From the NCBI GenBank assembly GCA_965153455.1, contig OZ234493.1, positions 17,908,213 to 17,972,212 of the forward strand: 64,000 nt of DNA, read 5' to 3'. The notes beneath the pieces were generated by a model, which was given only the letters and a program-made list of their open reading frames with translations, had not been told where the DNA came from and searched no databases. Both the position numbers and the translations under genes were made by a program. Positions 11,678-21,316 of the stretch are shown one piece after another; position 1 is the first letter of the stretch; each line of letters starts with the position of its first letter. The DNA is from Sphagnum compactum. Its lineage: Eukaryota.

Positions 11678-14038
11678 ATGGGTCCTCCTTCTCTTAAAGT
11701 TGCTGCGTTGGTTGCAGCAGGATTAGTGTTGGTTGTTGCCTTGGTTGTTGCCTTGCCTGTTGCTTTAGCTTTCAAGATGGTCAAATCAAGAAAGAAAAAA
11801 CAGGAGGGGAACGACAAGAACAAGTCCAAGACGAAGCCTACCGATGCAAACTGGGAATGGCCAATCTTCGATGAGTGGTATTCTCGTAATACATGGAGCT
11901 ATGAGCGGAAGCAAAGAGGAGGTGCAGAAGGTGACGATGAGAAGGACAGCAGCCCTTTTGAAGTGACATACAGGAGGCAGAAGGAGTTTCCTGACAAGAT
12001 GACGGTCACTCTCTTCTCCTCGCACCTTATTGCAGTCCTTGCCAAATGCTTGCCCAAGAACAACAAGGCGATGACCGACACGAACCCAAAGATTTCCGGA
12101 CAACAGCTTTTCTTGGCCATGGACACAATCCGTAACTACAAGATAGAAGAAGAATCTGAGAAAGACGCCGTCGCCACTGCAAAGAAGCTCGAGGAATCCG
12201 AGAACTCCACCACCACTACAAAGAAGCTCGCGGAATCCGAGAACTCAGCTTCCACTGCAAAGAAGAAGGTGGAGAAATCCAAGAAGTCTGCCGCCACTGC
12301 AAAGAAGCTTGAGAAATCTGAGAATGATGCCACCACTGCAAAGAAGCTCGAGGAATCTGAGAACTCTGTCGCCACTGCAAAGCTCCATGTAGGTCACTTG
12401 TTGCGGTTTCTGGAGAAGGAATATAAAGATACGCAAACGCAGTACGAGCGCATGACGAAGGAAGGCACTACTTCATGGGCGATGTTGTGGGCATTTCTAC
12501 CGCCGGGTGAGAAAGTGTACTATCATTGCAAATTCTCCGGCCAACAAGTGTGTGGCGTTGTTCGTTTGCGGCATTACTACAAGGACTACCAAACTGGTAC
12601 CAAGAGACTGTACGTGGAGCTCGACGTGATGGACTACAATGGTCAAAGCTACCGTGCTTGCAATGTTACCCGAGAAATTCTAGAGTTCCAAAACGAGCGT
12701 TCCTTTACTAATCTCAGCGTGTGTCCCTTGCGTTTCGCCAAACAAAGCGAGCAAATGGAAGCTGCATTTCTTGCCAATGGTAAGCGTTTCTACAAGTTGT
12801 CTGTGAAGGCGAATAGCTTCATGCAGTTCAAAGGACCACTTGTTCGTCTCGAGTACATCCCTGGCACCAATTGCAGTCACGTTGTCAAGCACAAGGCTGA
12901 TGGTAGAGTCATGATCGACCTCTGGAGCTTCGCTAGGATGAATCCCGGTTACGGTATGGAAAATGCCACTCCGCCAACTGCTTGTGATCTCATGTGTGGC
13001 TTGGAAGACTCCGACAATATGCCGGATGATGAAAGCTTGAAGCTTGCTCCTGCAATCGTCTATGGCTTCGCTTTCAGCATCAAGCAATGGGGATGCTTCC
13101 CAGTCACTGGTTTCAGTGAAATCTCGTTTGATGATCATGCTTTTGATCATCACCTAGTGATGAATGACAATGTTCAGAAAAAAATGCTGCTTGGCCTTGT
13201 CTCGCAGTATCTCCACGACCCACCAGAAGCTGAAAACAACAACAATGTCGCTGAAGTTGATGTTGTGCCATCCGTTGATCCCATTTCCAACAAGGGTGAA
13301 GGTTGCATCTTCCTGTGCTACGGGCCACCAGGAACTGGTAAGACTCTCACTGCCGAGTCTGTTGCCGAGAAGCTGCATCGTCCTCTTTGGGCTGTAAGTG
13401 CTTCGGAGCTGAGTTTCGAGGTCGACAAACTGGAACAAAAGCTAGCCCAAATCTTGGACATTGCATCCTCTTGGCGTGCGGTTCTTTTGCTAGATGAAGC
13501 AGACATCTACTTAGAGAAGCGCACTTCGGCCATCGATCCCAAACGCAACGCCATGACTGGCGTCTTCCTTCGTCTTCTAGAGTACTACAAAGGCGTCCTC
13601 TTCCTCACTACAAACCGCGTCACCACTTTCGACGACGCCTTCTGCTCACGAATCTCCATGTTCCTCCGCTACCATCGCCTGACGGATTCTCAAAGGGCCA
13701 AGATATGGGAGACCTTACTCTCGCGCGTTGGCCTCACTGATGTCAACTTGGAGATGTTCGCAACTCATGAGCTGAACGGCCGTGAGATCCGCAACACCAT
13801 CCGCACTGCTCACACATGGGCCACCAGTTGCAATCAGCCTCTAACCACACAGCATGTACTAAGCGTGGTCAAGATGCTGCACGACTTCCGCGAGGATTTG
13901 CAGGATGCCGCACTGGAGGAATCACAAGTCGACAATACCTTCTCATCGGTGCTAGCCACACTCCAGCAGCAACCACCTGCAATCCTCAACAACAACAAGA
14001 ACCTTTACTCAAATGGAGACATGAGTTTCAAACCCTAA
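11678..14038 (+). CDS. Membrane-anchored AAA+ ATPase, fungal-like DUF7025/AAA family, paralog 1 (786 aa, intronless)
   Basis: Long uninterrupted ORF. N-terminal hydrophobic segment (VAALVAAGLVLVVALVVALPVALAF). Walker A GPPGTGKT (13322-13345), Walker B VLLLDEAD, sensor-1 LTTNR, Arg-finger region DDAFCSRI, lid LNGREIRN. Confidence 0.92.
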   Translation: MGPPSLKVAALVAAGLVLVVALVVALPVALAFKMVKSRKKKQEGNDKNKSKTKPTDANWEWPIFDEWYSRNTWSYERKQRGGAEGDDEKDSSPFEVTYRRQKEFPDKMTVTLFSSHLIAVLAKCLPKNNKAMTDTNPKISGQQLFLAMDTIRNYKIEEESEKDAVATAKKLEESENSTTTTKKLAESENSASTAKKKVEKSKKSAATAKKLEKSENDATTAKKLEESENSVATAKLHVGHLLRFLEKEYKDTQTQYERMTKEGTTSWAMLWAFLPPGEKVYYHCKFSGQQVCGVVRLRHYYKDYQTGTKRLYVELDVMDYNGQSYRACNVTREILEFQNERSFTNLSVCPLRFAKQSEQMEAAFLANGKRFYKLSVKANSFMQFKGPLVRLEYIPGTNCSHVVKHKADGRVMIDLWSFARMNPGYGMENATPPTACDLMCGLEDSDNMPDDESLKLAPAIVYGFAFSIKQWGCFPVTGFSEISFDDHAFDHHLVMNDNVQKKMLLGLVSQYLHDPPEAENNNNVAEVDVVPSVDPISNKGEGCIFLCYGPPGTGKTLTAESVAEKLHRPLWAVSASELSFEVDKLEQKLAQILDIASSWRAVLLLDEADIYLEKRTSAIDPKRNAMTGVFLRLLEYYKGVLFLTTNRVTTFDDAFCSRISMFLRYHRLTDSQRAKIWETLLSRVGLTDVNLEMFATHELNGREIRNTIRTAHTWATSCNQPLTTQHVLSVVKMLHDFREDLQDAALEESQVDNTFSSVLATLQQQPPAILNNNKNLYSNGDMSFKP
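12173..12385 (+). repeat. Coding minisatellite: five 39-42 nt units encoding ATAKKLEESENSx
   Basis: Units start at 12173, 12212, 12251, 12293, 12332, with a partial unit at 12371. Confidence 0.9.
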
Positions 14039-14120
14039 AAGGGATCATGAGCTCCAAAGCCTAAAACTGATCTTGAGCTCCGAACCCTAAATTTGCATGC
14101 ACTCTAAACCCTAATTTTGT
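14020..14120 (+). repeat. Four degenerate ~25-nt units (atgagctccaaaccctaa-like) spanning the stop codon of paralog 1
   Basis: atgagtttcaaaccctaa / atgagctccaaagcctaa / ttgagctccgaaccctaa / atgcactctaaaccctaa. Confidence 0.75.
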
Positions 14121-17100
14121 AGCCTTAAAGGCAAGTTGCTTAATTAGACCTTAAACTTACACAACTCTAGTTAACTTGTTAAGTACACTTAATCTTGGAT
14201 TAGTGGCTTCTTATTAAAAATCACTGAATGCCAGGTATAAATTACCTTGGCAGCTTGGACCCTAATTATATTATTTTCAGAAATGCGGAAATTTGGAAAA
14301 CATTTTTTTTGTAAATGGCAATAGAGAATCTTTTTAGATATTTTGCTAATTTCCTAATTTTTGACATGGAATCTTTAAAATAAAATAATTATTCAAAATT
14401 GAAATATTGAATTTCCCTTCGTACTTATTACTAGAGGAGGTACTAAATAGGGCACTGGAATAAGCTTTAGCTCCAAACCCTAATTCTTTTAAGCTCATGA
14501 AAATGAGGATATTAATCTGAACAGGAGTTGACCCAACACTAGTTAAGTACACTTAATGCTAGTTAACCCCTAAAGGTCGGACAGGCCCAATATGGAGGAT
14601 TGCTTTTCAGTGTAAATTGGCACTGGCATGACATGTTTTCTTTTAAGGATTTTGTGATGTAGTCAAAGTGGCAATCATTCAGAAAATAATTTAGCCAAAT
14701 TTGGCGACATAATAGATAGAAAAAAAATGATAGAATTAACTTTTATATAGCTACATAATTGAATCCTTCCATATTCTTGTCCATATTCTTGGAACCTTTC
14801 TGGAACTTATCATAAGAATCCAGCAATTTGGAATTTTTTCTTAAAAAATCAAAATCTGGCAAATTTGGGCCATTTTTCACCAGATTAATGGCTTATCAGA
14901 AGTCATTAAAGAGTAGTACACCAGCAAATGTAATAGATTAACTGACCCAAAGCAGCCTTTTTCTCTACTGTTGAAACTTTGCTAAAAGCAAAATTCAAAA
15001 CTAAAATGCAAAAATGAGTTGATTTTTAGTGTAATCAAACACTAAAATTGGAAGAAAAATTAATGATAATGGCTAAATTCCTATATGTGGTTCTAGGTAG
15101 CCAGAAATATAGAAGGACATGTATTTTCATCCATTTAAAGTTACCTGCAAAGTACAACTATGGGTTTCCTTAAAATTGTGGACCTCAATCAAAATGCAAG
15201 AGCACGCAGCTCAAGGAAAATAAGCCAGCAGAAAACTCAATTTTTTTCCTCAACTCAATTTGATTTGAGTTTTTTTCTGTTTTCTGTGTTTTGTCCATGG
15301 CTACATATCTATTGAGGGACTTATTTTATGTTATGAGATATTTAAGGAAGACTTAGGGGATTACATAAAGTGTACCAATGGAATTAGGTAGGGATTTGCA
15401 GTTGAGATCTTAAAGATGATGGCTGCCAGGTCTTGCTGCTCTCACAGGCTCTTTGGAGCCTGAGTGGCGATGGTAGTGCTGGTACCAGCTTGGCTATTAG
15501 TATTGTCATTGTTTCTCTGTGCCCAGTAGTTCGCGCCATGTGAGAAGAGGAGAGAGAAAGTCAGGCAAAGAAAGATGAAGAGAAATAATTTGTACTTGGG
15601 GCACTCAAGGAAAAGGAAAGAGGGGTTCGAGGATTCATGTTCGATTTTAACTTTCGTTAGAAGCAGACTAGTTGTAAGTTTAGTTGTGGTTCAAATAGGA
15701 TTGGTTGTAAGTTTCATTTTTAGATTTTGGGGGCACGACGGAACATATAAGAAAAACCACTTTTCGAGACAAAGAAGGAAAATGATGATGACAACAACGT
15801 TAACAAGCAACCAAACAACAAAGGTGAAAAGGCAAAGGGAGGGTGGGGTTTGTTTAGTTTTTTTGTTTCTTTGGGTTTTGTTTCATGGTAGGTTCTTATT
15901 TTTCTCTTTATGCTTCTATCAAGCCTAGAAAGTTCTTTTATCACCAAGAATCTAGCTATTACTTACAAATTAAGCACAATAGAAGGTTTCTACCACAAAG
16001 TGAGCAATTTTGCCACGGGCTTGATTTTTCTTAATTTTTGTCATAGTTTTTAAAATATAACAAAGGAAAAAATAGAAATAAAAATTAAAAAATGTGTTGT
16101 AGCTGTGAGCATGTGAATACATAATGGCTAGTTATTGATCAATCGTATTTTTTTAAGGTTTTTTTTTTAGCAAAAGATTGAGTCAAGGGTGTTTTTCTAT
16201 TATTGAAGTTGAATGTTACTTTAATTGGGTAGTCCAAAAAATGAAAAAAGAAGTTTTTGAACCCCTAATCTTTGTACAATTGTTTTCAAAAGTGTATAGG
16301 TTGTGTTAAACACAATAAAGTAAAAATGATGGTGTCCAAAATTATGGCAAAGTTAGAATTCAACTATCTTTTGAAATAGAACTTGCTTATTTATGATGGT
16401 TTTTTTCTATTTTTTCTTTTAATGTGCTTAGTTTTGTGTGGTTGGTCTTGTAGGTTTAAGATTGCCAAGTTGAAATAAACATTTTTTAAAAAGTATGTCT
16501 TATTTGCAATTGTGCTTGTAATACCTTTTTCCTCATGGGCACAAAATGTCCCATGTCCCCAATTTATCATGTCTCATTGAACTTCGTAATTCACATCGCT
16601 CATTGTCTTTTCACACACCACCACAACCCCACTTTACACTACCTTTCCTATGTAAACCACGCACCACACACCAACCTCCCATACCATTTTAACAAACCAC
16701 CCACCACCCACTAGTTCCCCCTACCAACCCCTAGCCTTTGTGTAAATATGGAGCCCCAACACAACACTTTCACAATCCCCCTAAATAATGCACATGTAGG
16801 ACCTTCCCTTCCATTTTGTTAACCCCTGTAATTGTCCATGATTAGACCCCCAACCTACACCCACCCTCCCAACATGTTTACAACCTCCACCTAAAGATTT
16901 TTGTGCCACTTGTGAGCATCAATTTACTCTTTAAGGGTTAAGCCATCACCAACATTTTTGTCAAGCATCCAATCCATCTAATCTAAACCTACATGACCAT
17001 CCTGGCCCAATACCCTCCTTTACTCTCAACCCGCTTATATCAACATGGGCTTGGGTTTTGACATTAAATGTCTTTGGGGTCTTTCCATCTTGACTTTCAT

Positions 17101-17879
17101 CATATTCAACTATACAACTACATTCTGATTGCTTTATAATGTGATGTATAAGTGGCATTTTGTTTTTCACTTAATAAGTTGGCACATGTCCCCTATGATG
17201 TGACAGCTTGCCATTTGTTCTTTTTATTACCCTAGTGGTGTCTTATTTTGCCCCCTCGAAAGGAGGCCATTTGGCATAGGGAAATGAGGACTTGATTCAA
17301 ACATTTTCTAATAAACGATTAAGAAATCCTACAAGAGAAATTCTTTTTACAAGCCCAAACTTTAGGAGCAAGTTCGAGCTAAATGCCTCTTGCCCAACAT
17401 GATCTTCTAATTCATAAATGTTTTTTTCACAATTTAATTTTTGGATGTGCAAGAGAATACTCTCAAACAACACGCGTTTTGGCACCATTTTCTCTTGCAC
17501 CCACATCATGTAACATCACCTCAACTTTCATCAGTTTACATCCTAAATCAAATGGCTTTTTCCCGCTTTTTTTGGAAGATTACGAACTAGACCAAGACTT
17601 CGAACTTTCATATCATCCTTTCAAGCTAACATTCCAACGCATGTCAAATTTCTCTTCTTTAATTTAGTTATTTATTTAGTTCTTTCTTTCTTTCTTTATT
17701 TTCCCCAATTGGGTTTTTGCTTCTTATGTATGTCCTTTGGGTATTGATTATTTTTTGTTGGGCTATAACCCCCCGAACGGAATATCCCTATCATCATCTT
17801 AGGTTGAAAATAATCACAAACAATTCTCGAAACAAAAAATTTGCTCAGTCAATTGGGGAGTTTTTCTTTTGGGCAGACA

Positions 17880-18720
17880 AGGGTTTGTTGTTCCCATGAA
17901 GTTCCCAATGTCTTTTTCAAGATGTTTCCAATAGCATCACATTTTCATCCCATATGCTTTGCCCAAAATTTTCCCTTTTCACTTATATAATTGGGCCAAA
18001 TGGAAGGCACTATGTATATAGAATCTTCTATTGTGTGAGCTTCCAAAGTTCCAATTTTATTTTTATTTTTTTGTGATAGGTCAATGAAAATTATTCAACA
18101 CAACGGAAAAAAAAAAACTTGGGAAGCACCATCCATTCAATCAATTCAAAGATGAATATACGCCCATACTCCCATGTAGCCAATGGAAAGACTCAACATA
18201 GTGAGAAGAAGCTCTAGTTTTTTTCTTTTCAGTTGGGGGGGGGAGGGATTTTTTTTCATTTTTTTAACATTCCTAATGTGGTCCCCTAAAGTTCCCAATG
18301 TGTTGCCCACATGTTCCCAATAGCACCACACCCTATCCCCTATGCTCTACCCAAATTCTCCCCATTCTCACCTATATTGGTGGGCCAAGGGGGAGGCACT
18401 CCATTGTCCAATAGAAACTTATATTTTGGAGAGTCTTTAAGCATGTGTGTTCCCATAAGGTTCCCAAAGGCTTCCCAATAGCACCTCACTTTTATCCCAT
18501 AATGGTTTGCCCAAAGTTCAACTCTCATGTGTATAAACTGAAAAGGTGGGCCATAATGAGTGCATTTGTTTCTATTTTGCAACTGGTGGTCCAAAAAGGT
18601 GCTTTTATTGGGGAGTGCACAATGTTCCAAAGAAACTGGTGATGGGCCAATCAATACGGCCCCTTCAAAAAGAAATAAAATATGCAAGGGCACCCACGAA
18701 GTAATTAATAATATAAAGGG
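17880..18720. repeat. Cluster of 'gttcccaa...tagcacc..ttttatcccata' dispersed repeat copies (also 9150-9520 and 33850-34230)
   Basis: The same motif set recurs about three times locally and elsewhere in the window. Confidence 0.6.
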
Positions 18721-19284
18721 CCAAAAAGGGGTGTGTACAAGTACATGAAAAATCAGTTACACATAAAATATACGAAGGTGACAAATTAAAAAATTCAAGC
18801 TCCAAGCCAATCAGAGCTGAGACCGACAATGTCATGCTCCCCTTCAGAACTGGGGAGACCCCTCCTTGATAAAGGTCGCTGGAACCCTCTACACCAACCT
18901 GAAATCTTGTGATGGATGTAAACTTGAACAAAGTTCATTGCAAGAAAGTGCAACAAGAAGGAAGAACCAAATGGCTCGTTTCACAAAATGGAAGGATGGA
19001 AGTATGGCTCCTTTTGTTAGGAGTGAGCTGATGGTTTGTAGTTAGTACCCTCCACCCATTGTTTCTTTTAGCCCCCTCTTAACCTGCTTCATCACCAAGA
19101 AAATTGATTTCACTAGCCTACCATGATGGAATATGGATTTTCCTCTGACAGTATTTGTGTGTGATAATCATTGTGTTTAGCCTAGTTTGACACTAGGCTA
19201 ATGAAGAATATGTGCCACATTAGAGTATCATAAGCCATATGATCCAGAAATATATTTTGTTATAGTGTTTGATTTTAGGTCTAA

Positions 19285-19653
19285 AAGCATCTCTAATGGT
19301 GCTCAATATGTGACTCCAGAGAGTAAAATTTATTGTGAAAATGTCAAAATGTGCCGGTTTAGCTCAGGAAATTGGTTTTTCTGCACCAAATTCGTGAATC
19401 TGGCATGACTGGCGAAACGCGCAACACAGTTGTGCACCTCCAAAAAAGAGTGTAACAAATTGCACCTAACTGCAGCTCAGTATTTCTGATTGGTCGATCA
19501 TAATGATTGGTCAGGTGGTTTGCTATTAGTAGTCTCCATATATATGCAGTTACAGTTTTATTGGTAGGGTTGCCCAAAAACAAAAAGCTAAACTTAGACA
19601 TTTAATTTTATTATCCGAGTGACATACTGAGCACCGCACCGGTGGAGATGCTC
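19285..19653. mobile_element. PIF/Harbinger (Tourist-like) MITE, 369 bp
   Basis: Imperfect TIRs aagcatctct..ggtgctcaatatgtgactc / gagtgacatactgagcacc..ggagatgctc, flanked by TAA at 19282-19284 and 19654-19656. Confidence 0.8.
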
Positions 19654-20287
19654 TAAGGAGATTATTCCATAACCTTACTATTTACCACAACTGTTCAAAA
19701 TTGGTCTGAAATTTTTTATTTGGGTTGAAGGAAAAAGAAGTCTACTATCCTTAGATGCACAATAAAGAAGGTGCTTGATTAGAGAATCTGATTGCAAAAT
19801 GCAATTGATTAAAATAAAACCTACCCAGTGCAACCAGGTCTCCAGCTCTAATTCATAAATTGGTTCTCAGTTGAGGCCAAAATTGTCTCCCCCTATCCTA
19901 CACCAATGGGAAGTCTCTTGAGTGGAAATTTGCTAAACTTTACACTCCAAAAAAGCACTACGACACACACACACAACAAATGGAAGTGGAGCTAGTGAGG
20001 ACTTATTATTAAGGCTCATATGAATGAATGACTAGGAATTGGATGATTAATAAAGAAAGATCATTTGAAGAAACCAAATTTGAGTATCATATCAAAAGTG
20101 GGGAAGGGAAAGAAAAATTTCAACTACCGACGACAAATGAGAGATCAGAAATGGAAGAAGAGGACAGAATGGGAGATTGGAGGAGAAAGGACCATTAGAA
20201 GAGGAAAAAAACGCCAAATTTGAGTCACATATCAAAAACTTGGGGATGGGAGCCTAGCAAAATTCAACTACCGACGACCAATAAGAG

Positions 20288-20420
20288 ATCAGAAATGGAA
20301 GAAGATGTCAGAGTAGGAGTGGGTCCATAAGGACTGACATCAGAAATGGCAGAAGATGTCAGAGTTGGAGTGGGTCCGTAAGGACTGACATCAGAAATGG
20401 AAGAAGAGGTCAGAGTTAGA
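20288..20420. repeat. 51-bp tandem repeat (~2.6 copies) in a purine-rich tract
   Basis: atcagaaatgg.agaaga.gtcagagt starts at 20288, 20339 and 20390; the minus strand reads TLTSSSISDVSPYGPTP repeats. Confidence 0.85.
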
Positions 20421-21316
20421 GGAAAGGCATCAGAAGTGGGGATTGGAGGTGGGTCCATAACGGCTGGAAGTCAAGAGGTAAGAAGTGGGGATTGGAGCAG
20501 GTCCCTAAAAGGAAGGTAGAAGTCAAGACCTTCACCACAAGCCCAATAGACAAACGCCACCAAAAGATCCTCTAAATCTTATGAGGTTATTAAGCACAGC
20601 ATGGCTTGCTCATGTTCAACACTAATTTATTCTCAAGAGCAGTTTAATTCTGGAGAGGAATTAATTCTCAAGAGCACCGGTCTAAATTTTTTAAAAACTA
20701 AGAGCAATTTATCGAAATCTTAGAAAATCAAACCCAACTCAAAACACAAGATAACTTAGAAACTTACTAATGGACTTATCATACTTGAAAGACTATTGCT
20801 GAAATTCTGAAATGTTCAGATTGGGTCTGCCAGATCTCTTTTGTCAAAAAAAGTAAATTTTGCAACAAGATTTGCCATCTGATTCAACAGTCTGTTGTAC
20901 ATAAGTGTTTTTTTTCAATTATTTTTGCTGCTGCTGCATCATAAAAGTCAGGCACCCCAAAAATAATCTATCATTTCTTGGGGAAGGAGTTTGCTGCACT
21001 ACTTAAATTTACAAAATCACAGCAGCTTTGAAAATCACAGAAGATGATTGATCGATTAGTGCAATTTTTAACTGTTTTGTTTGCTGTTGTAGTATCATCA
21101 CAGTTTGTTTCATTTGTTGGGTCATCTTTCCTTTTCTTCTTTTGGGAGCCTTAGAGGTGATGGAACATTTTGTTTTGTTGTTGCAGTAGTTTTGATGGGA
21201 AGAGGAGTTGTGACGAAGCTGTTCTCTGAGTGAATCTTCGGTTGTGGTTTGTGGACAGTGTTGGGTTGAAGCTTGGGTGTTTTTTCTTCTCTTTTCTTTT
21301 TTTGGGTTGGGGTGAT

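Larger units (their letters stand above)
5263..17000 (+). repeat. Left arm of large inverted segmental duplication (partner 30056-45570)
   Basis: Reverse-complement matches read by eye: 5263-6653 with 44133-45570, 6650-11090 with 32473-36408, 14623-17000 with 30056-32472. Mirrored ORF translations agree (e.g. 8434-8787 minus vs 34567-34923 plus). Confidence 0.95.

Noticed and set aside
11786-13506. Antisense or overlapping ORFs within the ATPase genes (also 21443-22807 and 46023-48467)
   Set aside because: Shadow ORFs expected on the opposite strand of GC-richer coding DNA; no independent domain signal
13300-13820. Gene conversion homogenising the AAA cores
   Set aside because: The high similarity is explainable by purifying selection and each copy has private substitutions; a formal test (e.g. 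GENECONV) would be needed
21230-21316. ORF-track N-terminal extension of paralog 2 (812 aa)
   Set aside because: It starts at a GTG in T-rich leader sequence; the ATG at 21317 matches the paralog starts
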